Origin: an uncultured Verrucomicrobiae bacterium | Lineage (GTDB): Bacteria; Verrucomicrobiota; Verrucomicrobiia; Limisphaerales; Palsa-1400 | DNA length: 64,000 nucleotides | Reading direction: 5' to 3' | Assembly: GCA_963764165.1 (NCBI GenBank) | Contig: CAVXRD010000002.1 | Coordinates: 1,280,001-1,344,000 of the forward strand | Shown: positions 19,360 to 30,164 of the stretch, in pieces | Position numbering within the stretch: position 1 is the first letter of the stretch | Layout: each line of letters opens with the position of its first letter | Notes under the pieces: generated by a model | Told to the model about the DNA's origin: nothing | Databases searched by the model: none | Seen by the model: the letters and a program-made list of their open reading frames with translations, nothing else | Translations under genes and position numbers: made by a program

Positions 19360-20748
19360 ATGAATCAAAACGAGACCAAGAGCCGGAACAGCGGGGCGAC
19401 GCGCCGCGAATTTATCAAGAAGTCGACACTCGCCGCGGCGGCGACGGCCGCCAGCGTCAATATGTTTAAGACGCCGGTCTACGGCCAGACCCAGGCTCCC
19501 GCTCCGAGCAGCGTGGTCGGGGCCAACAGCCGTTTGCGCGTCGGTTACATCGGGGTCGGCAACCAGGGCCAATTCCACGTCTCCAATCAAAAGGACAACG
19601 CCGGCGCCAACAACATCGAGCAAGTAGCCGTGTGCGATCTTTCCAAGACACGCGTGCAGCAAGCTGCCGCGCTGATCGGCGGCAACGTGAAGACGTTCGA
19701 GAATTACGAGGACTTGCTGGAGATGAAGGATCTGGATGCCGTCACCATCGCGACCTGCGACCATTGGCATTGCAAGACTTCAATCGCGGCCATGAATGCT
19801 GGCAAGCATGTTTATTGCGAAAAGCCAATGACCCGGTATTTGCCAGAGGCTTTTGAAGTTTACGACACTGTCAAGAAAACAGGAAAAGTTTATCAGGTTG
19901 GCTCGCAGGGTTGCTCGGCCAAGGCCTGGCACATGGCGGCGGATATGATCAAAAAGGGCGACATTGGCACCCCAGTCTGGGCCCAAGGTTACTACTGCCG
20001 CAACAGCAAGGACGGCGAATGGAATCTGCCCGTTCCCCCGTGGGTCAGCCAGCCAGGCGACCTCAATTGGGACAAGTGGCAGGCGCCGGTGAACGACAAG
20101 CTTAAGCTTGACCCGGAACGCTATATTCGCTGGCGCAAGTACTATTCGTATTGCGCCGGGTTGCTCGGCGATCTGGCGCCGCACCGTCTGCTGCCGCTCA
20201 TGCTGGCCACCAACAACACGGAATTCCCCAGCCGCGTCGTTAGCCTCGGCGCGAAAAATGTGAACGCGGATGCCGAAGAGCCCAATCCACGCCCGGTGCG
20301 CGATGTGCCGGAGCAGGTCGAAATCCTGGCCGAGTTCCCCAGCGGCATGACGCTGGTCATCGTCGTGAGCACCGTCAACGCCAAGTCGCCCGGCTTCGTC
20401 ATTTATGGCCACAAGGCTTCGCTGGAAATCGGCAGCCTCGGCGAGCGCATCCAGCTTATTCCCGAGAAGCCTTATTCCGATGATATCGATTTGGCCACCT
20501 TTGACGGGCTTTCTCCGACGGAAAACGTGCCGGATCACGAGAAAAATTGGTTTGACTGCATCCGCACCAACGGCGTGCCAAACGCCAACATCGACCTGGC
20601 CGTTCGCGCCCAAGTGGTCATCTCCCTCGCGGAAATGTCCAACCGCCTGAACATCATGTGCATGTGGGACGAGAAAACGCGCAAGGTCAAAAAGGCCGAT
20701 GGCTCGGAAATCGACCCCATCACGTATGGCACCCTTGAACCGTCCTGA
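19360..20748 (+). CDS. Gfo/Idh/MocA family oxidoreductase with Tat signal peptide
   Basis: TRREFIK twin-arginine motif; GVGNQG, IATCDHWH, GKHVYCEKP and QVGSQ motifs. Confidence 0.92.
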   Translation: MNQNETKSRNSGATRREFIKKSTLAAAATAASVNMFKTPVYGQTQAPAPSSVVGANSRLRVGYIGVGNQGQFHVSNQKDNAGANNIEQVAVCDLSKTRVQQAAALIGGNVKTFENYEDLLEMKDLDAVTIATCDHWHCKTSIAAMNAGKHVYCEKPMTRYLPEAFEVYDTVKKTGKVYQVGSQGCSAKAWHMAADMIKKGDIGTPVWAQGYYCRNSKDGEWNLPVPPWVSQPGDLNWDKWQAPVNDKLKLDPERYIRWRKYYSYCAGLLGDLAPHRLLPLMLATNNTEFPSRVVSLGAKNVNADAEEPNPRPVRDVPEQVEILAEFPSGMTLVIVVSTVNAKSPGFVIYGHKASLEIGSLGERIQLIPEKPYSDDIDLATFDGLSPTENVPDHEKNWFDCIRTNGVPNANIDLAVRAQVVISLAEMSNRLNIMCMWDEKTRKVKKADGSEIDPITYGTLEPS

Positions 20749-20766
20749 TTTGGCGCAACGGCAAAG

Positions 20767-20800
20767 GTAGCGCAGGTTCCCAAACCTGCTGTATCGCCGG
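20767..20800. repeat. GTAG-initiated palindromic REP-like unit
   Basis: GGTAGCGCAGGTTCCCAAACCTGCTGTATCGCCG contains the hairpin GCAGGTT..AACCTGC directly after a GTAG tetranucleotide. Confidence 0.5.
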
Positions 20801-20880
20801 CTTCCAAGCGTGCATGCGCTGATTTGAAACTGGCACACGAAACCGAAGCCGGCTAATCGCCGTCAATTACATCTTGCACG

Positions 20881-23370
20881 ATGAAGGTCACATATAACTG
20901 GCTCAGGCAATACGTCTCGTTCGATTGGACGCCCGAGGATTTATCGACGCGGCTGACGATGCTCGGCCTTGAGGTCGAGGGCGTCCAGAAACTTGGCGGC
21001 GAATTCGACGGGGTGGTGGTCGCCCAGGTCATCACCCGCGATAAGCACCCCAACGCGGACAAACTTTCCGTCTGCCGCGTCAATGATGGCAAAGGCGAGC
21101 GCACGATCGTGTGCGGCGCGCAGAATTTTCAGGCGGGCGACAAAGTCCCGCTGATTCTTCCAGGCCACACCCTGCCCCCGGTGCCAGGGGAGCCGCCCAT
21201 GACGATCAAGGTCGGGAAAATTCGCGGTGTCGAGTCGCAAGGGATGATGTGTTCGCCGGATGAATTGGGTCTCCCAGAAAAAATTGACGGGCTCCTCATT
21301 TTGCGTCCAGACGCGACCGTCGGCCAGCCGTTCGCGGAATATTTGGGACGCTCCGGCACGGATGTCATTTACGATTTGGAAATCACTCCGAATCGCCCGG
21401 ATTGGAACAGCGTCATCGGCATCGCGCGCGAAGTCAGCGCGTTGACCGGGCAGCCGCTCCGCCTGCCAGAAATAAAAATCAATCCGTCCCAACTGGCGGG
21501 TGAGGCGACGGAAAAAATGGTTTCGGTTCGCATCGAGGATTCTGAGTTGTGCCCGCGCTACACGGCGCGCCTCGTGCGCGGCGTGAAAATTGGCCCCAGC
21601 CCGGATTGGCTGCGCGCAACGCTGGAAAAATCCGGCATCCGCTCGATTAACAATGTTGTTGACGTCACGAACTTTGTGATGCTGGAAATCGGCCAGCCGC
21701 TGCATGCGTTTGATTTTCGTTTGTTGGGAGAGAATCCGGCTATCGTCGTTCGCCGCGCCACCGAGGGCGAAAAATTCGTCACGCTCGACGGCAAGGAACG
21801 CGTGTTAACGGACAAAATGCTTTTGATCGCTGACAACTCGAAGGGAATTGCCCTGGCCGGAATCATGGGCGGGCAGAACAGCGAAATTCGCCCGGAGACG
21901 ATGGACGTGTTGATCGAAAGCGCGTCTTTCAAACCGCAAAACATTCGCGCCACTTCGAAGAAATTGGAATTGCGCACCGATTCGTCCTACCGCTTCGAAC
22001 GCGGCTCTGATGTTGGCATTTGCGATTGGGCAAGCCGCCGCGCCGCCCAGCTTATTCTCGAAACCGCTGGCGGCATGTTGTTGGAACCCGCCATCGACGC
22101 CTTCCCCGCCCCGCCGGAGCCAAAACAAATCGCGCTCCGGATTTCCAAAACTGCGGAATTACTCGGTGTTGAAATTCCGGCCGAGACGCAAATTCAATTC
22201 CTGAAAAAGCTTGGTCTGGAATATGCCGGCGACGAGGTGACGCATGACGCGGATCCGCTTTTGTCTTCGGGTCTCCACCAAGAAACCGAGACGCCTCATT
22301 CGAAGCCATCCTTTCGCATCCCCACCTTCCGAGTAGACCTAAAACACGAGGCCGATCTAATCGAAGAAATCGGCCGCCTCTACGGAGTCGACAAAATTCC
22401 CGCCACTGCGCCACGCGGAGCCATCGGTTCCAACGCCTATGACTCGGTGCATGACCAGTTGGGCGAGGCGCGCCGCATTCTTTCCGCGCTCGGACTTTTC
22501 GAAGCGCAAGGGCAGACGCTCATTTCCAACACCGCGGCGGGGATGATCGCCACCCCGGCGCAAATCGCCGCGCTGCAATATCCGCTGAGCAGCGATATGA
22601 ACGTCCTTCGGCCCAGTTTGATGCCCGGTTTGCTTGACAGCTTGCGCCACAACGTCAGTCATAAAAACGCCGATGTGGCTTTGTTTGAAATCGGACGCGT
22701 CTTCATTCAGAACGAGGGAAAAATCAAGGAAGAGCGCCGCATGGCCATTGCTTTGACAGGGAAGCGCCAGCCACTGTTCTGGTCTGGCGATGAGCGTGAC
22801 GCCAAGTTCGACGTTTACGATTTGAAAGGCATCCTCGAGGAATTCTTGGAGCAGTTCGGCATGCGCGGATTTTCATGGAGCAAGCGCGATCCCGCCAATC
22901 CGTTCTTTTTGGAATCTGGCACGGCTCAACTTGGAAAATTGACCATCGGCGAATTTGGGATGCTCTCCCCGCTGTTGCAGAAGTGCTACGATCTGCGCGA
23001 CGGCACGTTCCTGGCCGAATTCAATCTGGATCTGATTCTCTCGAAACGCGTTCCTTCGAAATCATTCAAAGCGTTGCCGTCGTTCCCATCGATTCGCCGC
23101 GACATCGCGATGCTGGTGCCAGAAACGGTTTTGTTCGACGCCGTGCAGGCCGTTGTCAAACAAACGAAACCGGCCAACCTGGAGAAGACGGATTTGTTCG
23201 ATGTTTTCCGCGGTCAAAACATCCCGGCCGGGCAAAAGAGCCTGGCCTGCGCCTTCACCTATCGAAATGCCGAGCGCACCCTGACCGACGCCGAGGTCAA
23301 CACGGCCCACGCGCAACTGGTTGAGCAGTTGAAGCGCTCGCTCAATGCGACCATTCGCGATGCGGTTTAA
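20881..23370 (+). CDS. pheT: Phenylalanine--tRNA ligase beta subunit
   Basis: [55 protein letters not shown] and a C-terminal anticodon-binding domain. Confidence 0.97.
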   Translation: MKVTYNWLRQYVSFDWTPEDLSTRLTMLGLEVEGVQKLGGEFDGVVVAQVITRDKHPNADKLSVCRVNDGKGERTIVCGAQNFQAGDKVPLILPGHTLPPVPGEPPMTIKVGKIRGVESQGMMCSPDELGLPEKIDGLLILRPDATVGQPFAEYLGRSGTDVIYDLEITPNRPDWNSVIGIAREVSALTGQPLRLPEIKINPSQLAGEATEKMVSVRIEDSELCPRYTARLVRGVKIGPSPDWLRATLEKSGIRSINNVVDVTNFVMLEIGQPLHAFDFRLLGENPAIVVRRATEGEKFVTLDGKERVLTDKMLLIADNSKGIALAGIMGGQNSEIRPETMDVLIESASFKPQNIRATSKKLELRTDSSYRFERGSDVGICDWASRRAAQLILETAGGMLLEPAIDAFPAPPEPKQIALRISKTAELLGVEIPAETQIQFLKKLGLEYAGDEVTHDADPLLSSGLHQETETPHSKPSFRIPTFRVDLKHEADLIEEIGRLYGVDKIPATAPRGAIGSNAYDSVHDQLGEARRILSALGLFEAQGQTLISNTAAGMIATPAQIAALQYPLSSDMNVLRPSLMPGLLDSLRHNVSHKNADVALFEIGRVFIQNEGKIKEERRMAIALTGKRQPLFWSGDERDAKFDVYDLKGILEEFLEQFGMRGFSWSKRDPANPFFLESGTAQLGKLTIGEFGMLSPLLQKCYDLRDGTFLAEFNLDLILSKRVPSKSFKALPSFPSIRRDIAMLVPETVLFDAVQAVVKQTKPANLEKTDLFDVFRGQNIPAGQKSLACAFTYRNAERTLTDAEVNTAHAQLVEQLKRSLNATIRDAV

Positions 23371-23397
23371 ACCCATGGCCATCTCGCATTCAATAAA

Positions 23398-23742
23398 GGT
23401 AGGGACGCCTCGCCGAGGCGTCCGGGGTGAGGCGTTGTTTCTGCGCAAGCAGGCAGCTTGTGACACAAATTTCTCCACGGAGCATTATTTCTCGCGGCTT
23501 CCGAAGCGCCGTAGGCGCGGCTTTGTAGAAAAGTCCCTAATACATACTAAAGCTCCGTCAGGAGCGACACTGGAGGCAATCAATCACGCTGGGCATGTGC
23601 CGCTCCTAACGGAGCTTGAAAACGTTACCGTGATCGTTTCTACAAAGGTGCCGCGCCTACGGCGCTTGGAGCCAACGCGGGGCGAAGAGTTTTGTTTCAA
23701 GCCCAAGCCTCGACCCGGACGCCTCGGCGAGGCGTCCTTACC
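23398..23742. repeat. Triply nested inverted-repeat (REP-like) structure
   Basis: Outer family A pair at 23398-23426 and 23714-23742; middle pair at 23504-23531 and 23637-23667; inner pair at 23550-23570 and 23597-23617. Confidence 0.85.
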
Positions 23743-23769
23743 TTAATTGGAGGAGCAACCCAAAACAAC

Positions 23770-24900
23770 ATGCGCATCCTGATTGCAACCATTACCGCCG
23801 GCGGAGGACACTTGCAAGCAGCCTCGGCCCTGCACGAAGCGTGGACGCAGGCGCACCCGAAGGATACCATTGAGAAAATCGATCTCCTGTCGCTGTTCTC
23901 TCCCCTGCACCGCAAAATTTACAGCGAAGGCTACGTGAAACTGATCGCCCACGCGCCGGAAGTTTGGGGCATGCTTTTCAACAAGATGGATAATCCGAAA
24001 GTGGTGGGCCGCGTGACCCGCTGGAAAACCGCCCTCGGCTCCAACAGCTCCCGCAAATTTATTCGCCTTGTCAAAAAGTTCGAGCCGGACGCGGTTCTCT
24101 GCACTCATTATCTGCCCGTTGAACTTCTCGGCGCAGCGCGCAAAAAATGGCCCGGCACGCCCCCGCTGACGGTCAGCATCGTGACCGATTTTGAAGCGCA
24201 CGCCTTATGGATGGAGCCGCATGTCGACTTATATTGCGTGGCAGCGGAAGAAACGAAAGCCCGCCTGGTCGCGCGCGGAGTCTCCGCCGGCAATGTTCTC
24301 GCCACAGGCATTCCGATTTCCGCAAAATTCTCCTCAGTCATCAACACGGCGGAAGTTCGCAAACGCTACGGACTGCGCGATGATCTTCCTGTTTTGCTCG
24401 TGTTGAGCGGCGGATTTGGAATGGGGCCGGTGGCGGAGATTCTATCCGCCCTGGATCGACTCGAGCGGCCCTTCCAAACCATCGTGGTGGCTGGCCGGAA
24501 TGAGGAATTGCGGCGCGACATAGCCTCGCAGGATCGCAAGCACCCGACGCATGTCATTGGCTTCGCGACCAACATGCACGAGCTGATGGCGATTTCCGAT
24601 TTATTATTGACCAAGCCGGGAGGGCTGACCAGCTCCGAAGCGCTGGCGATGGGCAAGCCGCTGTTCGTGCTCAATCCCATTCCGGGACAGGAAGCGGCCA
24701 ACAGCGATTTCCTGCTCCAGCGCGGCGCCGCGGTGAAGGTCAACCGCATCGACGATATTCCATTTCAATTGGACCAATTGCTTGGTTCAAAAAAACTGAT
24801 GACAATGGCGCGCTCAGCCAAAGAGCTGGGCCGCCCCAATGCCGCCGCCGATATTTGCCGCGCTGTTGCCGCAAAATTGAGCGCGCGCGCCGCCAAATAA
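23770..24900 (+). CDS. Diacylglycerol glycosyltransferase (MGDG synthase/UgtP-like, GT28)
   Basis: AGGGHLQAA, LCTHYLP, IVTDF..H..W, TGIPI, TKPGGLTSSE and PIPGQE..N motifs. Confidence 0.9.
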   Translation: MRILIATITAGGGHLQAASALHEAWTQAHPKDTIEKIDLLSLFSPLHRKIYSEGYVKLIAHAPEVWGMLFNKMDNPKVVGRVTRWKTALGSNSSRKFIRLVKKFEPDAVLCTHYLPVELLGAARKKWPGTPPLTVSIVTDFEAHALWMEPHVDLYCVAAEETKARLVARGVSAGNVLATGIPISAKFSSVINTAEVRKRYGLRDDLPVLLVLSGGFGMGPVAEILSALDRLERPFQTIVVAGRNEELRRDIASQDRKHPTHVIGFATNMHELMAISDLLLTKPGGLTSSEALAMGKPLFVLNPIPGQEAANSDFLLQRGAAVKVNRIDDIPFQLDQLLGSKKLMTMARSAKELGRPNAAADICRAVAAKLSARAAK

Positions 24901-24903
24901 TGT

Positions 24904-27195
24904 ATGAAAAAGCTTTTCCGCTGCCTTCCACTCATTGCCGTTCTGCTGCCTTTGAATTTGCGGGCAGAAAAGCCGCTTTGTGATTACATTCGCCCGTTCG
25001 TCGGCACCAAGGGACAAGGCAATACGTATCCCGGCCCGGCCGCGCCGTTCGGAATGGTGCAAGTGAGTCCCGACACCGCTGATGATCTTTGGGACAACGC
25101 GGCGGGCTACAAGTATTCCGACAACTCGATCATGGGTTTCAGCATGACGCACTTGTCTGGAACGGGCATTCCTGATCGCGGCGATTTTTTGTTCATCCCG
25201 CAAATCGGCGAGGCGAAGTTGATTCCCGGCCCGACCAACAATCCGGATGCCGGCTATCGCGCGCGCTTTTCGCACGACCAGGAATCCGCCTCGGCCGGTT
25301 ATTACAAGGTGACGCTGCTTAATAATAACGTCACGGTGGAACTCACCGCCGCCGAACGCGCCGGGATGATGCGCATGACATTTCCCGCCAGCGATCAGTC
25401 TTCGATTCTGACGGATTTGAGCCACTTCCTAAATGGCGCGATTGATGCACCCGGGCGGTTTAAGATGATCTGGTCGCATGTTCGCGTGGAGGACGATTCG
25501 ACCATCACGGGATTTCACCTGGTGAACGGATGGGGCAAGGAGCGCTATCTGTATTTTGCCGCGCGCTATTCACGCCCATTTGACAGCCATGTGATTTACA
25601 GCAGTGGAAAAGAGGTCAAGTATAATACTTACCGCTTCCGCAGCCGCAAAGAGGCCGCCGGGACCAATCTGCAATTCGTCGCCAATTACAAGACGCACGC
25701 GAATGAGGCGATTGAAATCAAGGTCGCCGTTTCCCCGGTCAGCGCGGAAAATGCGCTGGCGAATCTGGACAAGGAAATCCCGGATTGGGATTTCGACCGC
25801 GTCCACAAAGAGACGCGCGAGAAGTGGAATCACGAGCTGGCCCGCGTCGAGGTGGAAGGATCGGATTGGGACAAGGAGACGTTTTACACGGGCATGTATC
25901 ATTGCTTCCTCGCGCCGAGTTTATACGAGGACAACGACGGCGAGTACCGCGGGCTGGATTCGAATATTCACTTCGCCACCGGCTTCAATAATTACACCGC
26001 ATTTTCACTTTGGGACACGTACCGCGCGGCCCATCCGCTGTTCACGCTGATCGATTCGAAACGGGATTCGGACATGATCCAATCGATGCTGGCGCATTAC
26101 GACCAGAGCGTGGATCACCTGCTGCCAGTGTGGTCACTGGAGGGAAATGAAACGTGGTGCATGGTGGGCTACCACGCGGTGCCTATTATTGTGGACGGAT
26201 ATTTGAAGGGCGTGAAAGGTTTCACGGGCGAGCGCGCCTACGACGCCATCAAAACAACCGCCATGAATCCCGAATACGACAGCGTGATGACCTACGCGAA
26301 ACTCGGCTGGGTGCCGTGCGATTTGGAAAATGAATCGGTCTCGAAAACGCTGGAGTACGCTTACGACGATTATTGCGTGGCGCAAATGGCCAAGGCGCTG
26401 GGGAAAAAGGATGACTATAAATATTTCATGGGGCGCGCGGAGAGCTTCACCAATCTTTACGATCCGAGTTATGGGTTGATGCGCCCGAAGGATTCACACG
26501 GCCAGTGGCGCACGCCATTTAATCCGCATTTTTACAATGACGATTCGCGCACCAACGATTTCACCGAAGGCACTAGCTGGCAGTATTCGTGGTACGCCCC
26601 GCAGGACGTTCCATTGCTGATGCAATTGTCCGGGGGAAAGGAAAAGTTCGCGGCGAAATTGGACCAATTGTTCACCTTCAAGCCTGACGCGACTGTGAAA
26701 GGCTTGGACGATGTGCAAGGGCGCATCGGCGAATACTGGCATGGCAACGAGCCGAGTCACCACATTATTTATCTCTATTGCTACGCGGGCCAGCCGTGGA
26801 AGGCAGCCGAGCGCGTGCATGAAGTCATCCGCACACAATACGGCAACATGCCGGATTCGCTCAGCGGCAACGACGACTGCGGGCAAATGTCGGCCTGGTA
26901 CATTTTCTCCGCGTTCGGATTTTATCCGGTTTGCCCGGCGAGCGATTATTACGTCATCGGCAGCCCGTGCGTGCCGAAGGCCACCATGCGCCTTTCCAAT
27001 GGGAAAAAATTCGTCATGACGGCGGCGAATTTGTCTGACAAGAATATTTATATTCAATCCGCCAAATTGAATGGGAAGGCGCTCGACACTCCGTTTCTGT
27101 TGGATAGCGCGGTTCGCAAAGGCGGCACGCTGGAATTCCAAATGGGGCCGATGCCGAACAAGAGCTGGGGCGCGAATGCGACTGTTCCACAGTGA
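24904..27195 (+). CDS. GH92 alpha-mannosidase
   Basis: GNTYPG..APFGMVQVSPDT, HLSGTG, FSLWDTYRA, SKTLEYAYDD, HGNEPSHH and GNDDCGQMSAWY motifs. Confidence 0.95.
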   Translation: MKKLFRCLPLIAVLLPLNLRAEKPLCDYIRPFVGTKGQGNTYPGPAAPFGMVQVSPDTADDLWDNAAGYKYSDNSIMGFSMTHLSGTGIPDRGDFLFIPQIGEAKLIPGPTNNPDAGYRARFSHDQESASAGYYKVTLLNNNVTVELTAAERAGMMRMTFPASDQSSILTDLSHFLNGAIDAPGRFKMIWSHVRVEDDSTITGFHLVNGWGKERYLYFAARYSRPFDSHVIYSSGKEVKYNTYRFRSRKEAAGTNLQFVANYKTHANEAIEIKVAVSPVSAENALANLDKEIPDWDFDRVHKETREKWNHELARVEVEGSDWDKETFYTGMYHCFLAPSLYEDNDGEYRGLDSNIHFATGFNNYTAFSLWDTYRAAHPLFTLIDSKRDSDMIQSMLAHYDQSVDHLLPVWSLEGNETWCMVGYHAVPIIVDGYLKGVKGFTGERAYDAIKTTAMNPEYDSVMTYAKLGWVPCDLENESVSKTLEYAYDDYCVAQMAKALGKKDDYKYFMGRAESFTNLYDPSYGLMRPKDSHGQWRTPFNPHFYNDDSRTNDFTEGTSWQYSWYAPQDVPLLMQLSGGKEKFAAKLDQLFTFKPDATVKGLDDVQGRIGEYWHGNEPSHHIIYLYCYAGQPWKAAERVHEVIRTQYGNMPDSLSGNDDCGQMSAWYIFSAFGFYPVCPASDYYVIGSPCVPKATMRLSNGKKFVMTAANLSDKNIYIQSAKLNGKALDTPFLLDSAVRKGGTLEFQMGPMPNKSWGANATVPQ

Positions 27196-27241
27196 AGGCG
27201 CGCGGGCTGGGCAGACGCATCTAACATCCGCACAGAGGGGA

Positions 27242-27370
27242 AGCCACAGATGGCCGCAGATCAACACAGATAAGAATTAATGGGCCACGCAGGATGCGAT
27301 CAAAGCTGAGGGCGCGCGCCACCGTTCGGAACAGGAATTCATCTTCCAAATCTGTGTCGATCTGTGGCCA
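27242..27370. repeat. Inverted repeat family C (CACAGAT 10-bp-period arms)
   Basis: AGCCACAGATGGCCGCAGATCAACACAGATAA ... AAATCTGTGTCGATCTGTGGCCA; homolog at 38946-39013. Confidence 0.8.
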
Positions 27371-27513
27371 TTTCCCGCTTGCCAGGCTCCATCTTTGCAT
27401 TTTTTCTTCCAAAATCGGCGCACAAACATCTGCCAGCGCCAGTCGCAGCCCGCGGCCGTTTTCCGAATCGGGTTGACTCCGCAGGGGCTTCTGCAAAATT
27501 TACCATTGCTGAT

Positions 27514-29100
27514 ATGGCCAAGATCCAACGCGCTCTGCTCTCCGTCTACGACAAAACCGGGCTGATTCCCTTTGCCCAGGCGCTGGCGTCTTCCGGCATC
27601 GAGATTCTTTCCACCGGCGGCACCGCCAAAATCCTGCGCGAGCACGGTGTGATGGTCAGCGATTTGAGCGCGTTCACGGAATTTCCGGAAATGCTGGACG
27701 GGCGCGTGAAGACGCTGCATCCGAAAATCCATGGCGGCTTGCTTTTCCTGCGCGGCAACAAGGAGCACGAGGCCGCGGCCAAAAAGCACGGCATCAAGCC
27801 AATTGATCTCGTCGTCGTCAATTTGTACCCGTTCGCGCAAACGGTCGCGCGGCCGAATGTCACACTCGATGAGGCGATCGAAAACATCGACATCGGCGGG
27901 CCGTCGATGCTGCGCAGCGGCGCGAAAAATCATTCCAGCGTGACTGTGGTGATGGACCCGCTCGATTACGCGGAAGTGGCGGAGCAAATTATCGCGAAAG
28001 GGAACACGACGGCGGAACTGCGGCGCCGCCTGGCGGTGAAAGTTTTTTGTCAAACATCCAGTTACGACGGGCAGATATTTGCCTATCTTTCCCGGACGTT
28101 TGGCGTGTCCGCAACCGCGGCTTCAACAACACCCATGGCGCCGGCGGCCGGAGGATCGTGGCCGCCGCAGTTGAAATTGGAGGCTCCTCTCGCGCGCGAG
28201 TTGCGTTATGGCGAAAACCCCCACCAGCGAGCGGCATTGTATGGGAAATTTGACGAGCAATTCCAGCCCCTCCACGGGAAGGAGCTTTCCTACAACAATA
28301 TCCTCGACTTGACAGCGGCGGCCGCGCTGGCGGCGGAGTTCGCAGGGGATCGCCCCACCCTCGCCATTTTCAAGCACATGAACCCGTGCGGCGCCGGGCA
28401 GGGAGATTCGCTGCTGGAGGCTTGGGAGAAGGCGTTCGCCACGGATCGCCAGGCGCCGTTCGGCGGCATTATCGCGATGAACAAACCGCTCGATCTGGAT
28501 TGCGCGAAGGCGATTGCTGAAATTTTTAGCGAAGTTATCGTCGCTCCTGATTTTTCGCCCGAAGCCCTGGCGCTTTTGCAAAAGAAAAAGAACCTTCGCC
28601 TCATTAAAGCGGCCAGCCTCGCGCCGGATTCCGGGCTTGTGCTGCGCAGCGCGGCGAACGGCGTTTGGCTGGCTCAGGAACCGGACGCGAGAGCAACGTC
28701 TCCGGCGGAGTGGAAAATCGCAACCAGGCGCGCGCCCACCGACGCCGAAAGACGGGCGCTGAGCTTTGGCTGGAAAATCGTCAAGCATGTCAAGTCGAAT
28801 GCTATTTTGTTCGCCGCGCCGGATCGGACATTGGGAGTTGGCGCCGGGCAAATGAGCCGTCTCGACTCATGCCGGCTCGCTGTGGAAAAAGCGCGCGAAG
28901 CGGGCCTCTCGCTGGCTGGCAGTGTGGTTTGCAGCGATGCCTTCTTTCCGTTTGCGGACGGATTGATTATCGCGGCGAAGGCTGGAGCGACCGCGGCGAT
29001 TCAGCCTGGCGGTTCCGTGCGCGATGCCGAGGTCATTGCCGCCGCCGACGAAGCTGGAATGGCGATGGCCTTCACCGGTGTGCGCCATTTTAGGCATTAG
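27514..29100 (+). CDS. purH: Bifunctional AICAR transformylase/IMP cyclohydrolase
   Basis: RALLSVYDKTG, STGGT, GRVKTLHP, IDIGGP, LRYGENPHQ, GAGQMSR, SDAFFPF and RHFRH motifs. Confidence 0.97.
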   Translation: MAKIQRALLSVYDKTGLIPFAQALASSGIEILSTGGTAKILREHGVMVSDLSAFTEFPEMLDGRVKTLHPKIHGGLLFLRGNKEHEAAAKKHGIKPIDLVVVNLYPFAQTVARPNVTLDEAIENIDIGGPSMLRSGAKNHSSVTVVMDPLDYAEVAEQIIAKGNTTAELRRRLAVKVFCQTSSYDGQIFAYLSRTFGVSATAASTTPMAPAAGGSWPPQLKLEAPLARELRYGENPHQRAALYGKFDEQFQPLHGKELSYNNILDLTAAAALAAEFAGDRPTLAIFKHMNPCGAGQGDSLLEAWEKAFATDRQAPFGGIIAMNKPLDLDCAKAIAEIFSEVIVAPDFSPEALALLQKKKNLRLIKAASLAPDSGLVLRSAANGVWLAQEPDARATSPAEWKIATRRAPTDAERRALSFGWKIVKHVKSNAILFAAPDRTLGVGAGQMSRLDSCRLAVEKAREAGLSLAGSVVCSDAFFPFADGLIIAAKAGATAAIQPGGSVRDAEVIAAADEAGMAMAFTGVRHFRH

Positions 29101-29123
29101 CAACACTACTTATAAGTCTCATA

Positions 29124-29510
29124 CTAACTTATCATCCAATAGACAAGCGCAATTTGCCCCAGGCACAACAAGCCCATGGAAATCCAAGCCCCCCATTCTC
29201 TGACTGCCAGGGAAGCCTGCCGCACGGGGGCAAAATTGAAGCGAATCTTGAGCGCTCCAATGGTGATGACATCGCCGTTGCGAAGGATCGTATTTTTGAC
29301 AGGCGTGCCGTTGACGCTTACCAGGGCGTCCGGCTCCGCCTCAAGAACCATTCCTTCCCCGCGCCAGTCAATTAGAAAATGGCGCTGCCAAATGCCGGGA
29401 TCCTCAAGATTAATGTCCGCCGAGGCGTCCCGCCCAACTCGCGTGGGAAAGCGGCTTGCCCGAAAAACAGTCCCGCTTCGACTTCCATTAAGAAGTTGAA
29501 GCTGAATCAT
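29124..29510 (-). CDS. FHA-domain protein with C-terminal membrane anchor
   Basis: VGRD..ADINLEDPGIWQRH..VSVNG..LRNGDVITIG; hydrophobic C-terminus. Confidence 0.85.
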   Translation of the reverse strand: MIQLQLLNGSRSGTVFRASRFPTRVGRDASADINLEDPGIWQRHFLIDWRGEGMVLEAEPDALVSVNGTPVKNTILRNGDVITIGALKIRFNFAPVRQASLAVREWGAWISMGLLCLGQIALVYWMIS

Positions 29511-29512
29511 GA

Positions 29513-30139
29513 TTAGAACCCACGGCGGCCAACCCAAATCATGTCGTTCGGATAGACGGGAAGGTCTAATTTTGGATCCGAAAGAGCTTTGACACAGTTC
29601 TCGTAATATATTTTCTTCGTAACGGAGCGTGTGATCTGGACTTTCCGCTTGTTCGCGTAAGGAGTGAAGTCGCCAGCCGCCTGAATCGCGCGCAGGACTG
29701 TGGTAGGGCCGGTATAAAGGATGCGTTCTGTATTCCCAGCTCCGTTTACCTGGCCGCCGACATAGAAAAAGCGGGCCGCGACGGTGACGCTAATGCCAAT
29801 GTGAGGGAAAAAGGCGGGAACATAAGCCTTGGTGATGTCCTTTTCAAGCTCAGACGGCGTCTTGTTGACAGCAGAAACGAAACCCACGAACGGCAAGTTA
29901 ATGGTTCCATTTTCATGAATCTCAATCTCACCGCCAGTTTGAATCGGCTCCGGCGTTCCTGTAATATCCACGCGAATCTTATCACCAACGTGCAAGACGT
30001 CCATGTGCCCCGTCTCGTCCTCCTTTGGTTCGCTTTTTGGATCACCCGATCTGAATAAAGAGCACCCCGTCATCGCTGCGGCTATCAGAGCGCAAAGTAG
30101 ACACATCACTGGCAGGCTATTATTTCGTAACAGTCTCAT
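29513..30139 (-). CDS. Polysaccharide export lipoprotein (Wza-like, Poly_export plus SLBB)
   Basis: Lipobox MTGC; LHVGDKI, ENGTINLPFVG, YVGGQV, AIQAAGDFT and VYPNDMIWV motifs. Confidence 0.88.
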   Translation of the reverse strand: MRLLRNNSLPVMCLLCALIAAAMTGCSLFRSGDPKSEPKEDETGHMDVLHVGDKIRVDITGTPEPIQTGGEIEIHENGTINLPFVGFVSAVNKTPSELEKDITKAYVPAFFPHIGISVTVAARFFYVGGQVNGAGNTERILYTGPTTVLRAIQAAGDFTPYANKRKVQITRSVTKKIYYENCVKALSDPKLDLPVYPNDMIWVGRRGF

Positions 30140-30164
30140 AATCAAAGCCGTAGGTTGTCCGTAA

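Noticed and set aside
27200..27513. ZTP (pfl) riboswitch upstream of purH
   Set aside because: A GACTGGCG-like word occurs only on the antisense strand and no 3' CGCCTGGGC element was seen; repeats explain the region. An Rfam scan would settle it.
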